From Azolla caroliniana (lineage: Eukaryota > Plantae > Polypodiophyta), in contig JBHGNT010000020.1 in the NCBI GenBank assembly GCA_043228905.1, positions 4,340,001-4,404,000 of the forward strand: a stretch of DNA of 64,000 bases, given 5' to 3'. The position numbers and the translations under genes were made by a program. Positions 37,767-51,400 of the stretch are shown here, piece by piece. Numbering within the stretch: position 1 is the stretch's first letter; the number at the start of each line of letters is the position of its first letter. The notes below the pieces were generated by a model. It made no database searches and was not told the origin of the DNA. It saw nothing but the letters and a program-made list of their open reading frames with translations.

Positions 37767-40700
37767 TGTCGTGATGTGGCATGTTCGAGTGTGGGAAAAA
37801 CCGACGAAAAGGGGTCAAAATTTGTTTGTGCAATGTGTGTGCACACAAAGTCAATTAATTGTGCACATGCAAAAGAAAAGGAAAATGGAAGGGTGCAAAG
37901 GAGGTATAGAAACTCGTGTAAAAGAGAGAGGAGAGGTAAAAAGAAAGAGAAAGGGGAGATAAAAAGTAGAGAGGAGAAAGACTATGGATTTGTAAATTAA
38001 TAAGATTGTACCATGAATAATAGGGAGTTGATGGGCTATTGGATAGGCATATTGACTCCTAGCTAAAGGTGCATGGTTCAAATTTGGTTTGACAATGCAG
38101 TGTGATTTAAAGAATTTTGTTCCTTTTGCATTGAAGACGAATGTGGCGACCTCCCTTCCCTTTTTCCCTATAAAAGGAGGTCGAGGGGGGCTCATTGGGG
38201 AGGACGTTTTGGGAGGAGGAGACTATTGCCATTTTTCTTTCAAAGGTCTTCATCTTGATCTTCACCATTTTTCTTCATTTCATACCTTTGCATCCCCTCA
38301 TCACCATGTGCTCGTCTTTTTCGTGTTGGCACTCGAAGTGCTCGGGTCATTTATGGTGCTTGTAAGCTTGAGCCTTGTTGATTCAGCGTTGCTTTGCCCC
38401 TCCCCTGTTCGTCGTTGCGAGCCCATGTGCTCGGCGTTCGGGTGGTCGTGGTTTGTTGGGGTCGGCATTTTTGTGGTGTGGTGTGCCCATGTGCTCCTCT
38501 TCTTCATGTTGATGCTCGGTGTTCGGATTTACTCTTGTCTCGAAGGGCATTTACTATTTTTGTTTTGTTGAGCTTGTGGTTAACTAGAAACCCTGTTTTA
38601 TAAAGGGCTTCCACTTTTGGGTTTCTTTGGGTCGCCATTTTGTGGGTTTGGGTAGACCATTAGGGTTTCGGTTTTAGGGCTTCATTCTTCTTCTTCTTTA
38701 CCTATCCAGTTAGGGTTCGATCTAGTGGTGTTTGTATATGGCCTATATGGCCATGGTTGTAAATCATATGATGGTTTCTTAATGTAATTTGTTGATATAT
38801 CTTGTCTCGATCTATTTCTCTTTTCATGTTAATCTCTTATTCTTTCTCCTAACCCCTTTGTAGTCCAAGACCCCCGTTGGCCCGCTATTTCCGCGAGATC
38901 TTGGTGAACCCAACATGAAAGGTGGCAAGGGATGGCGAGGAGAGTGACGGATTTCTTAATGAAGAAAGAAAGACGAGACGCGGCTCAACAAGCCGTCGAG
39001 AGTGTGGTTGATCGATTCGGCCAATTCAACGGGGACAAGTTTCCAAATTTTTTGAGAGCCTACAATGCCGAGATGACGGAGTGGGATGTGAACGAAGCTA
39101 CGAGGCTAGAGTATTTTTGTCGAGTGGTGGCTGTGTCGACGCAGGTAACAATCGACAACGGTTCGGTTCGGTTTGAGCGGGTCCAAACTGAACCGTTTAA
39201 AATTTTTGAAACCTGAACCAAACCGCGAAACCGTTAAACCGTAAAAACCGCGGTTTTGTGATTTGGTTTCGGTTTTGAACATAGGTCAAAATTTTAATTT
39301 TTTAAAATTTATAATATTTCATGATTTAAAAATTTTAAGATGTTCCTAAAATGTGAGAATAATGTCTAAAAATGAAAAGATTGTTTAAAAACAATTTTTA
39401 AATGTTTTTAGAATTTTGACAATCTTTTTTAAAAAAAAGAAAGAAGAAAAAACCGTTAAACTGTTTAAACCACGGTTTTTGACTGTTGAAACCGAATTGA
39501 AACCGAACCGAATTGTTGAAACCGTTAAGTTGTTAAACCGCGGTTTCGCGGTTTGGTTCGGTTCAAACCGAACCGTGGCCGATTGTTAGACGCAGGAAGA
39601 GGTCAAGGAGCTTCGAGGAGCTCATGAGTCATGGGAGTCCTTTGAGGAAGCTCTATTTGAGGCATACGAGTACGAGAAACCGGAAGGGCAAGGTCGTCGT
39701 TCAATCGATGGGTGGCATCGGTGAAGGCCCATTGGAGCGCAATGAAAGCATTCTAAGAGTTCGAGCTCGTTTTACTCAACTCTCGGAGCGGGTTCGGAGA
39801 TCATTGGGGGCGAACAAAGTCCTACTATTTCTAAATTCGAACGATCGGGAGGAAAGGATGGACATTTTACTCGAGCTCGAAGATGATTATGGAGCACACG
39901 GTCTCACCAAGGATTGGACCGAAGTGGAGTGGATATGTCGGTGACATGATGAGAAGTGGTCGGTCACAACACGGCCCGCGAGCGATGGTGAAAAGAGGGG
40001 GGTGAGTGACTACGCACTACCACCAGAAGAGGGCTCATTGCGTGATGGTTTGGAGGAGCTCGATATAGAAGCATTGGTATGAGAGGCATGTGAGATGTTG
40101 AGAACAAAGCTCGAAGCCGAAGAATGGTCTATTATGGAGTTAGGCTCAAGAGGATCGGAGAACTTAGATGGTTGTGCCCGAGTGTCAACATAAGAACCAA
40201 GAGACGAAAGGTGGTGGCGAGGAAGTGAAGGCCGAAGAAAGCACAACAAAGGACAATGAGGGTCAAGCGGTTTGGGTGGATTCGAAGGGTGTTCCTCGGG
40301 AAGTGATCACAATTTCTAAGGTGAGGGAGGACACTAGTGTGAAGATCGGAGGCGCAAAGGTCAACTCTAGCGTGAGAGTTAACTACAAAGGTGGACAAAA
40401 TGGGAAGCATACGACGTGTGAGCATGTACTTTAAGAAAGGGCTACATGGAGTAATAAACATCGATGTTCGAATGGTGCTTTGTGAAGTCAAGCATGTAAG
40501 GGGAAAGAAAGAAGCCTAGTGGAAGTCCCTTGACCAAGGGGATGGTCGGAACGAAGGTGGCACATGGTGCACGAAGGATTATACTTGGGGAAAGTGGTCA
40601 AGCCCATGACATCCGGTCATGGTGGAAAGCACAGGCAACGGATATGGTTGATTGGATGGCGACGGTGGTTCATGTGGAAAGAGTGGACGTGTTTGAAGTG

Positions 40701-43118
40701 TAGGAACAAAGATGGCACAAGTGAGGCACGAGGAACAAAGGACTCAAGGGTTGACTACCTTCGACCCCGCCAATCACACTCTTTTCATGGCACATGCCGG
40801 AGGATGTGTGGTTTGGTGGGGGTGGATGTCGTGATGTGGCATGCTCGAGTGTGGGAAAAATCCGGTGATAGGGGGTCAAAATGTGTATGTGCAATGTGTT
40901 TGCACACAAAGTCAAATAATTGTGCCCATGCAAAAGAAAAGGAAAAAGGAAGAAGGAAGGGTGCAAAGGAGTTATAGAAACTCGTGTAAAAGAGAGGAGA
41001 TTCGAAAAGTAAGAGAGAGGAGGGTGAAAAGTAAGAGAAAGGGGAGATGAAAAGTAGAGAGGAGAAAGATTGTGGATTTGTAAATTAATAAGATTGTACT
41101 ATGAATAATAGAGAGTTAATGGGCTATTAGATAGACATATTGACTCCTAACTAAAGGTGCACGGTTCAAATTTGGTTTGACAATGTAGCATGATTTAAGG
41201 AATTTTGTTCCTTTTGCATTGAAGACGAATGTGGCGACTCCCCTTCCCTTTTTTCCAATAAAAAGAGGTCGAGGGGGGCTCATTTGGGGGGAGATTTTTT
41301 GGAGGAGGAGACTATCGCCATTTTTCTTTCGGAGGTCTTCATCTTCATCTTCACCATTTTTCTTCATCTCATACTCCTACATCCATCCCCTCATCACCAC
41401 GTGCTCGTCTTCTTCGTGTTGACGCTCGAAGTGCTCGAGTTGTTTACGGTGCTCGTGAGCTCGAGCCTCGTTGGTTCAGTGTTGCTTCGCCCACGCTCGT
41501 CGTTGCGAGCCCGTGTGCTCGCCGTTCGGTTCTCGAGCCTCGTTGGTTCAAATATGGTCTAACACAATGTAGCGTGATTTAAAGAATTTTATTCCTTTTG
41601 CATTGAAGACGAATGTGGCGACCTCCCTTCCCTTTTTTTCTTTAAATGAAGGTTGAGGGGGGCTCATTGGGGAGGACGTTTTGGGAGTGACTATCGCAAT
41701 TTTTCTTTCGGAGCTCTTCGTCTTCATCTTCACCATTTTTTTTCATCTCATATCCCATCATCCCCTTATCGCCACGTGCTCGTCTTCTTCGTGTTGGCAC
41801 TCGAAGTGCTCGGGTCGTTTACGGTACTCATGAGTCCGAGCCTTGTTGGTTCGTCGTTGGTTTGCCCACGTTCGCGTTGCGAGCCCCTGTGCTCGTCGTT
41901 CGGGTGGTTGTGGTTTGTTGGGGTCGGCATTTTTGTGGTCTGGTGTGCTCGTCTTCTTTGTGTTCGTCCTAAGTGTTCGGATTTACTCTTGTCTCGAAGG
42001 GCATTCACCATTTTTCTTCATCTCATACCCCATCATCCCCTCATCACCACGTGCTCGTTTTCTTCGTGTTAGCACTCGAAGTGCTCGGGTCGTTTACGGT
42101 GCTCATGAGCCCGAGCCTCGTTGGTTCGGCGTTGGTTCGTTTGTCGTTGCGAGCCCATGTGCTCGCCGTTCGGGTGGTTGTGGTTCGATGGGGTCGACAT
42201 TTTTGTGGTGTGGTGTGCTCGTGTGCTCGTCTTCTTCGTGTTCGTGCTTAGTGTTCGGATTTACTCTTGTCTCGAAGGGCATACACTATTTGTGTTTTGT
42301 TAAGCTTGTGATTAACTAGAAGTTGCCACATTGTTATCAAACCCTATTTTATAAACGACTTCCACTTTTGGGTTTTTTTGGGTCGCCATTTTGTGGGTTT
42401 GGGTAGACCATTAGGGTTTCGGTTTAAGGGTTTCATTCTTCTTCTTCTTTGCCTATCCGGTTAGGGTTCAATCTAGTGGTGTATGTATATGGCCTATATG
42501 GTCATGGTAGTAAATCATATGGTGGTTTCTTAATGTAATTTGTTTATATATCTTGTCTCGATCTACTTCTCTTTCCGTGTTAATCTCTTATTCTTTCTCC
42601 TAACCCCTTCCTAGTCAAAGACCCCCGTTGGCCTACCATTTTCGACATGCACGTGCGGATTTTCCGCGACATCTTGGTGAACCCGACGTGAAAGGCGGTA
42701 AGGGAGGACGAGAATTGAAGAGGAAGATTTCGTGGAAGTGATGGCGAGGAGAGTGACGGATTTCTTAACGAAGAAAGAAAGACGAGACGCGGCTCAACAA
42801 GCCGTCGAGTGTGGTTGATCAAGTCGGCCGATTCAACGGGGACGAGGTCCCAAATTTTGTTTGAGAGCCTACAATGCCAAGATGACAGAGTGGGGCGTGG
42901 ATGAACCGACAAGGCTAGAATATTTTTGCTGAGTGGTAGCCGTGTCGACACATGAAGAGGTCAAGGAGCTTCGAGAAGCTCATGAGTCGTGGGAGTCCTT
43001 TGAGGAAGTTCTATTTGAGGTAGACGAGTATGAGAAACCAGAGGGGCAAGGTCGGCATGAGTTCGATCGATGGGTGGCATCGGTGAAGGCCCATCGGAGC
43101 GCAATGAAAGCATTCTTA
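37767..43118 (+). mobile_element. Elements H2/H3: LTR-internal-LTR-internal tandem of the same pol-less family
   Basis: LTR 37767-38898, degenerate PBS ~38902-38919, internal region to PPT tggtgggggtgga at 40814-40826, LTR 40827-42671, intact Trp PBS 42675-42692. The second internal copy is truncated at ~43118. Confidence 0.82.
39146..39588. mobile_element. hAT-type MITE (443 bp)
   Basis: 8-bp TSD GACGCAGG (39138-39145, 39589-39596). TIRs taacaatcg.c.acggttcggtt, subterminal AACCG repeats and an AT-rich core. Confidence 0.92.
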
Positions 43119-44286
43119 AAGGGTAAGATTTCCACAATTTTTAATGTCTTTAAGGGCAAGATTGTTCCTCAAGAATTAACCATATGAATAAAAGCTGGTT
43201 AATGTATCCCAGATGTTTGATTTTGGGTATGAAAGATGACATACTTTATCTTTTGAAGACCTTCACCATATGTTGGCTGAAGATTTCCCCAAAGCACGGG
43301 AAACTCTTCAATGACAGGAAATGAGACAAATGAAATGCTTTATATTTTAAAGACCTCCACCATATGCTGGTTGAAGATAAATGCCTTGAAAGCACAGAAA
43401 AATTCTTCAAGGTCAGGAGATGATAACTTGGATTTTGTGATTGTGAAGATGTTGAGGTTAAGACCTGCATGCTCGGGAAAACTATAGTTACTCCTCTATT
43501 TCTTATATCAACAGTCCTAGTCTGCATGTAAGTCTGCCATAATCTGGCCATGAGTTGATGCTGTTGTTGACAACTAGTTTCTGTCGAGGTTCTAGCTCTA
43601 ATAGATGTTTGCCATATTCTATGTTGTCTGATCTTGATTGAACTGGGCTGCTACACGTTTGTGAGCCCTCTAAAAATATCAAGTACATTAGCTTTGGGTC
43701 TTCCAAGTTGTATCAAATTGACTATTTTGCTGTGTTCGTCTCCTGTGGCGGATATTTTGCCTAGATTTGAGTACCACAAAATGTTCCTAGATAGGATACT
43801 GTAGGGTGATTTAGTTTCTTTGTACTTCTTAGTTCTTTGATTTTCATAGTTTGCTTCAGCATTTCTTGATCTTTATGAGTTGAGTAAAACAATGCAATGC
43901 AAAAGAGAAGTACACTCCACTTTACACTTCTAATGCATTATTTATCATGCTTGATTTGTATGCAAATTTCCCATTGAAAGCCATACATTCGAGTAGACCT
44001 TTCTTTGGGTTATAATGCATCTTTGTAATGAGGATGTCTCATCTATCCATGTTCTCTTCCTTCCATTCTTCTTGGGTGTCTCTTAAATGCTCTGTTGCAG
44101 CTCCAAACTGAAATATATACCTTTGATTCTTTGTCTCATAGGGAATCCCTATTTGATGGCCTTGCCATTGATAATACAACCATCACAGTAATCAACCTTA
44201 TTGCCTTGTGGGTTTGTACGATTCATTATCTGTGGTTGATTTGAATCTTCATCAAGTTCTGGTCAAGGAAGATAGGGGGTAATTAG

Positions 44287-45099
44287 TGAAAGAGTTTCAC
44301 TCCGATTCGAAATCAGAAATTGAACTTAGACGCAAACAGGAAATAAGAAAGAACACACAATTTACGTGGAAAACCCTGATTTAGGGAAAAAACCACGGAA
44401 CAGAGCTTTCACTATGAGAAATGACAGAATACAATCATAGAACAATGAAACCTGATTTGGTATGAGCATGTACTGAAACCACGATTTCAGTCAAGCTCTT
44501 CAAACTCTAGCACGCAGGTGACTATTCCTTCCGAAGCTTCCGAAGCTTCTCTGTCTTTTTCTCTTTTGCTTCACACTTCTTTTCTTCTTACTTAGCTTCT
44601 GAGTATGTATACTCTTACACAGCCACTACTGTGCAGAAAACCAGTCGTTCTCAGATTTACCACACACACGCTACTCGTTTTTCTCTCATATATATATATC
44701 TCACACCCTCACATACGCTATGTAGGTTTTCCCCTTTTCTCACTATTTCACTCTTAGTGAGTTATCCCACATACAGGCGCACTACCAGGCCTGTCAGCAT
44801 ATATATACTAAGTCGATTTTTTCTTTGAATGTAGAAGACATATGTATATGTATATGTGTGTCTATTTGACTGAGTATGAATTTGACTCTCTCACCGAATT
44901 CGATCAGCTAACCCCCGATTCGGTTCTTCGCAACTGACTATTCTTTTACTTTCCGAATTTCGACCAAATTCGGTAATTCGGTTTTTTGGCCGATTTCAGT
45001 AATTCGACTCTTTTCGGCTTTTCGGCCGATTTCGACCATTCGACACTCAAGTCGACTTTTCGGCCGACTCCCCCGCAAGGAGGGACGCCTTTACACAAC
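44287..45099 (-). mobile_element. Solo LTR (813 bp)
   Basis: TG...CA termini and TSD ATTAG (44282-44286, 45100-45104). Contains the tttacgtggaaaaccc...gggaaaaaaccacgg motif also found at 32689-32727. Confidence 0.82.
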
Positions 45100-46917
45100 A
45101 ATTAGTCCTACGTTTGAAAATTGTATTTGTGCCTGAGCTTAGTTGGAGTATTTCCCCACTCTAGGAAGATACGTGCCATACAACTACCGTAGTTTCACTC
45201 TAGGAAGGCAATTATTCCTACATTTGGAAATTGTAATATGTATGCCCAACTTGATTGGTTTATTTTCCCACTCTCTAAGATTTGGTGCAGGGGGTTGCTT
45301 CTTCCTTCTAATACACGAGCTGGGTTCAAATTGTCCTTATTCAGCACTGGCATCTGGTGACATGAAGATGCCCATTACTCTGACATGGATTCAGTTGCAT
45401 GCTTCGTCCCCTCTTCTTCAATTTTTTTTGCATACAAGTTAAAATTCTTGTCCTAGTTCTATATTATTAGCTACCTGCACAACAAATTATTCTATAATCT
45501 TTTGCTTTGATTTCTTTTCTCATTTCTTCTTTGACAACTTTGGCCCAACAGATTATCATCTACCAAATCTCCAAATGACCAATTAGAGCAAAGCATTTAT
45601 ACAAATGTATAAAACCTACAGAAATGTATCTCATCATAAACGTTATAGACAGTCAAAAAAAAATAGAAGCTTATAATTTTGGTGTCAGTATGTCCCTTGT
45701 GGAATATTCTAGATCAAATGGGATCCAGTAGCAAGGTCTTTGATACCTATCGTGGGTAGAGTGGTTGGATATATATGAATTGGGTATTTAAGGAATTTGC
45801 AGATTGATTAGTGTAGGGTGCGAAGTTGTATTATTATTCAGTTACCATGATACCATGATACCCAAATTACATAAAATGGACTGCTTTCTTCTGAATCATG
45901 ATGCGCAAATGCACCCTCTTTCTTTATGACAGTAAAATAACAACTAATTTATGTAATTTTGGAAAAAAAACTAATTTATGTAGCTCGGATATTTTTACTG
46001 AAATCGTGTACTGGAGAAATATCTTTGAAAACAGTTATTTATAAGGTGAACTGTTTTGGAGTTACCTTACCCTAAATATGTCTTACGTTCCAACAAACAT
46101 GTCTTCATCTTACTATGGAAATATATGTTTATTTGATTATATTTGTGAAAGCATTATTTTCTATTTGTGAAAGCATCCTAAGTGAGATTGTGATCCTTAA
46201 AGGCTCAAATGTGTACTTAGAAGCAATTAATGATTAAGTGAGAGATTGTACTTAGAGATTTTGATCCTTAAAATGTGTCCTTAGAAGCAATTAATGACTA
46301 TTTTTAATTGTCTCACAAAGAAGAGAGTAGAACTTGAGTATGACCTTAGCGATGAGAAGAAACTAAAATCAACTACTTTTGGATGAATACCTTTGAGAAC
46401 CTTATTCTCATTTAGCGGCATATAATGTTGGGGAATATAGTCTAGCTCTTGTTGCTAATTGTGAACATTTTGTAAGTCATTAAGTGTGTTATATAGAGGA
46501 GAATGAATTAAACTATGGAGTTTAGTCTCTCCCATACTTTTGTTTGTGTAGTTAGCATCTCTTATTGTCATGACTTTTTTTTGATGTTTTTGACATCTTC
46601 AATAAATCACACAAAACTATCACCTCATCGACCACACAAGTGTACCATTGTATGTCATCTTGTGGAGTGGGAGAATCATTGTAGCTACGAGACAAATTTG
46701 ACATAGGTAGTAATTATTGTTTATTTCAAGCACCTTCAAGTCCCAAAACACATCATAGAATTTTTCATTTGTTTTGAACTAACTTTATCATAAATTTGAC
46801 ATATAGATAGTAAACAATATTTATTTGGCATAAGTCTTGATGCTAATTTTTCACATGTTTTGAGCTAACTTTATAGCCTTGCAAATCTTACAATCAGCTC
46901 GTGTGTTCGATCGACAT

Positions 46918-47449
46918 TGTTAGAACCACTGTGTGAAGGAGATTGTTGGGGGGATTTGTTGTGGCAATTGTCATGCATTAGTACGGCAAGCAAGCCACAA
47001 CCTTGGCCAGTACCAGGTATGACTCGATGCCACGACGATGGTATGGGACGTCAATTGAGGCTCGAGTTTGTCTTGGTCCCTCTGCTTGGGGGTGGTCGGG
47101 TGGATTGACACCCTTATTTCTCTCTCCTCTCTTATCTATCTATCTCTTATTTCCTTATCTCATGCTTACATTAAGATCTAGCTCTAAAAGTATACATGTG
47201 TTTAGAGATAGGTGTGTGTGCTTGTGAGTGTGTGCATATGGATGTTTATATGAGTGTGTATGTGTTATGTACATGTACATATATACATTTATTATAATGT
47301 GAAAGTGTGTAACCGTGAATATATATGGAGACGTTTGTGCGTAAAAGTATGTGTGTGCATTTAGATGCTAGTGATTTGTATTGGAGTAGATGAATATAAA
47401 TATATATGTATTATGTATGTATATGTAGAATTTCATAAATTGGCCATTC
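46918..47449 (+). mobile_element. Possible PPT and start of a 3' LTR of an unassigned element
   Basis: G-rich gggggtggtcgggtgga (47087-47104) followed by tgacaccc and a (TA/TG)-rich tract; interrupted at 47450. Confidence 0.35.
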
Positions 47450-48450
47450 TGTTGAGCGAGCAAGCTCAACCGGATCCGGATCGGCTGAATAAGCCAGAGC
47501 CGGATCGGTGTTCGGATAGATCGGTATCCGGAACCTAGAGCTAAACCGGAGAATCGGATCGTACTTCAGAATAGTGAGAACTAGTAGGCCAATGGAGGCC
47601 TACGGTCTGAGCCTAGTACGTAGGCATATTCCTTGGAGTTAGTGTCAATCGCTCGTATGAACATTGAAGTACATGTCAATCCTTTTAAGGACTTGTATAA
47701 AAAGTGTTCTGTAGAACATTTGTATGTACAAAGCACTAACAAAGACATGTCAGTACTTCTGTCAGTCTTTTCTATGAGCATGCACACCAATAGCCAGATG
47801 TTGTACGGAGAGGCCCAGTGGTCGTGGCGGTCATGATAGTCGAGGTAGATCAGCGCGCAATGCAAGCGACCGACAAGAGCAGAATCAGAGGCACAAAGAT
47901 GGTGCCGACAACAATTCCAAACCCTCTGGAAACAGGGGGAGTCAAAGCGGCACCGAAAATCGGCAAGGAAAGGCCGACACGGAATGTTGGTCCTATGGCC
48001 GGAAAGGCCACAAAGAAAGCGAGTGCTGGAAGAAGAGGGCTGCTTCGGACAAAGCTAAAACGAGCCGGAAAGACGCGAACAAGCGTCATCGATTGCACTT
48101 CGCCGGAAGCTCGGAGGGAGCCCGAAGCTGGTTCGAGACCGACCCTCGTAAGTAAGCATAAGGCCAACCGGATGGGAGTATGTGACTCAAAGTCGGAAGA
48201 AGTCTGGTACGTGAACTTCAGAGCTTTAAATCATATGATGAACCATAAAGAGTGGTTCTCCTTTCTTGAGAAGCTGAGGGTAGTCAAAATCGGAAACCAC
48301 ACCCTACATCCCATCGGGCACATCGGAGATGTCCCACTGAGCCATGTCGGCGAGAAAGGGGTCATGAAGAACGTCTTGCATGTTCCGACGATCACCAAGA
48401 ATTTGGTATCGGTCGGCAAGATCGTAGATCAAGGAATGCAGGTCCGATTG
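47450..48450 (+). mobile_element. Internally deleted copia fragment (C/D-like LTR start fused to late gag and protease)
   Basis: Begins tgttgagcgagcaagctcaac, like the C LTR. At ~47772 it jumps into late gag and protease (EEVWYVNFRALNHM...NVLHVPTITKNLVSVG). No PBS. Confidence 0.75.
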
Positions 48451-51400
48451 GTGGCCGCCTAAGTCGCCCAAGTGGGAAAAGGTAGAAGAAAAGGAAGGCG
48501 TAGGGACAGTCGTAGCATAATTATGAGTTCGTAGGTATAGAATGAAGCGTTTTTGAATGCTTGTAACGGTTCACACTCCAAGTGTAACCGACCATGACCC
48601 TGTATATAAAGGGCATGGGAAACTTGTAAAAGGTAATCTCTGAAATATAGTAGTTGTAAAGAATCAATGGTGATTCTTGCGAAGCAGAATAGGTGTGAAC
48701 TCTGTGTGTGTGTGTGTGTGTGTGTATGAGATAGATAAAGAGAGAGAGAGACATAGAGTATACGCAAGGTTAAGTATATTAACGAAAGAGAAAGACACAA
48801 AACTAAATACAAGGTGGGAGGAGGGTGCTTTATATAGTCACCCTCTCTCTTCATTAACTACAAGGCTCATGTAGCATGGGGAATGTGAAAGTTCATAAGT
48901 TATGTGTCATGGAATATGATTCTATGACTCATACTAAATGCTAGAATACAAAGAGGTGACTTAATGGTGACTCTTGATCGTTGGAGTGTCTATTCACTCT
49001 CAAGGTGAGTTCACACACTAGACCAAGTTGAGGTTGATTCTCAACACGCCCCCTCAAGCTCAAATCGGGTCAGTTTCAGACGGTATCCGAAATCCGCTTC
49101 GACTCGTGTTCCGGAGTCCGTGTCGACTCGCTTTATGCGGAGTTGTGGAATCCATGCTCCAACTTGCGTTGTGCGTAGTTGTGAAGTCTGTGCTTCGGCT
49201 TGCGTCTTTCTTCGCGGCTTCATTGCGTCGTTGCGTAATCCACGCGTTCTTGCGGAATCCACGCGTTAGTGTCTTCAGTACTCCCCCTCAAGCTTGGCAG
49301 GTCAGGGATCGTCAATCCGAGATCGGTCATGAATTGCCATAGCTTGTCGGCTCCGAAGGCTTTAGTGAAGATGTCGGTTGTTTGAAGATTTGTGCTAATG
49401 TGTTGTAGGTCGACATCGCTAGCTAGAACGCGCTCTCGGATGAAGTGATAGTGCACTTCAATGTGTTTTGTCCGCGCGTGGAACACCGGGTTCCGAGCCA
49501 GATAGATACTACTCATGTTGTCGCAGTAAAGGGAAGTCGAATCCTTGATGGGTACGCCCAGATCCTTCAAAATCCTCTTGAGCCATATGGCTTCACACGC
49601 AGCTACGACTGCGCCCCTGTATTCCGCCTCCATACTCGAAAGAGCGACAGTAGGCTGCTTCTTGCTCCGCTACTGAGGGAGAAAACAAATCCGGAGGTTG
49701 ATCTTCTATCGGCTTTGTAGACGGCCCAATCGGCGTCGGTGTGCCCCTCGAGTCGTATTGGAATTGCGGTCTTGTAGAGGATGCCGCAATCCATTGTGCC
49801 ACTCACGTATCGTAGAACTCGCTTAGCACAATCCAAATGAGTATCACACGGTGTTTGCATGAATTGGCTAAGGAGACAAACCGGATAACTGAGATCGGGT
49901 CGAGTGATCGTGAGGTAGATGAGACTCCCGATGAGTTGCCGATACTGAGTCGGCTCACACGCTTTGGTGCCGGAGTTCGCATCTAGTTTGAGATTACGAT
50001 CGAGCGGGGTTGCCACGGATTTGCACTTAGCCATACTGAACTTGTATAACAAGTTGAGGATGTAGTGCCGTTGAGAAATCATGATTCCGGCCGGAGTCCG
50101 AATTACCTTGATGCCGAGGAAGTAGCGGAGTTCCTTCATGTCCGTCATCTCGAACTTGTCGGAAAGGAGGGATTTGACCTTATTGATTTCGACGATATGC
50201 TCACTCCAATGACTAGGTCATCCACATATAAGATGATGACGATCGTACTTGCGGAATCCCTTCGTGTGTAGAGGGAGTTGTCCGATTTTGACATATGGAA
50301 GCCGATTTGATGAAGATATTGCGTTATCTTCGAATGCCAAGCACGCGGTGCTTGCTTGAGGCCGTAGAGTGGCTTATTGAGTCGGCATACAGCTTTCAGA
50401 TGGGTGCTCGAGTTGAAGCCGGGTGGTTGTATCATGTACACCTCTTTTAATTTGCCTTGTAGAAAGGCGTTCTTGACGTCCATTTGATGGAGGTGCCACC
50501 CTTTCACTGCGGCAAGCACAATTACGGTCCGTACCGTCGTCATCTTTGCCACTGGGGCAAAGGTCTCCTCGTAGTCAACTCCATGCATTTGGGCGTAGCC
50601 TTTTGCTACGAGTCGCGCTTTGTAGCGGTTGACGGAACCATCGGCGTTGTACTTCACTTTGTAAATCCATCTACATCTGATCCTCTTTTTGTGTGGTGAG
50701 GTGGGAACAAGATCCCACGTCTCGTTCTTGCGTAGTGCTTGCATCTCCTCGTTCATTGCTTCGATCCATCGCGGGTCCTTCGCGGCTTCGGAAAAGGTTT
50801 CCAGCTCCCGCACTGTTGCTACCTTCATCATAAAGGCGTAATGGTACGCCATATAATCGTTGTAGCCAAAACGACTTATAGGGTTCTTTTCACGAGTGGA
50901 TCAGCGGAGCTTTTCATTTGCAAAGATGAGGGCTTTCTTAGCTCCGATTGGTACATCGAAACCGCCGAGCTCACTGTCGAGTGAGTGAGTCGATTCATCA
51001 TCGTCGAAGCGATCGTCTTCGTATTCCGCCATTTTCGCCTTGCCTTTGTCCATCTTCAGGCTAGGCCGTGATGTGCTTTGATCACTCAAAGGCTCTTGTG
51101 GTCTGCTCAGTTGGGTCGTGATCAGACTTTATTCGATCATGCGCATAGGGCGATCTTCATCCTCGATCTCTTGTTTGGCAGATTCCGGGTCGAGCGGAGT
51201 CGGAGGCAAAGTTGTCTCTAGTGCGTACCAGGATGCGGACTCATAAAAAACAACCTCTCAACTTACTCGAGATTTTCGAGTTGAGGGGTTGTAGCATTTG
51301 TACCGCTTTTGTTCGAGTGAGTATCCTACGAGGATACATTTCTCCGACTTCGGGTCAAGCTTTTGATGCTTCTCGTTGGGGATATGCATGTACGCTATCG

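Noticed and set aside
43120-44280. Host gene in the AT-rich stretch (ORFs 43246-43551 and 43503-43706)
   Set aside because: No recognisable domain or exon structure. It may be very old LINE debris, but I cannot support that call.
45105-46917. Exons or ncRNA in the AT-rich spacer
   Set aside because: Only short ORFs and a small local duplication (~46183-46298); nothing diagnostic.
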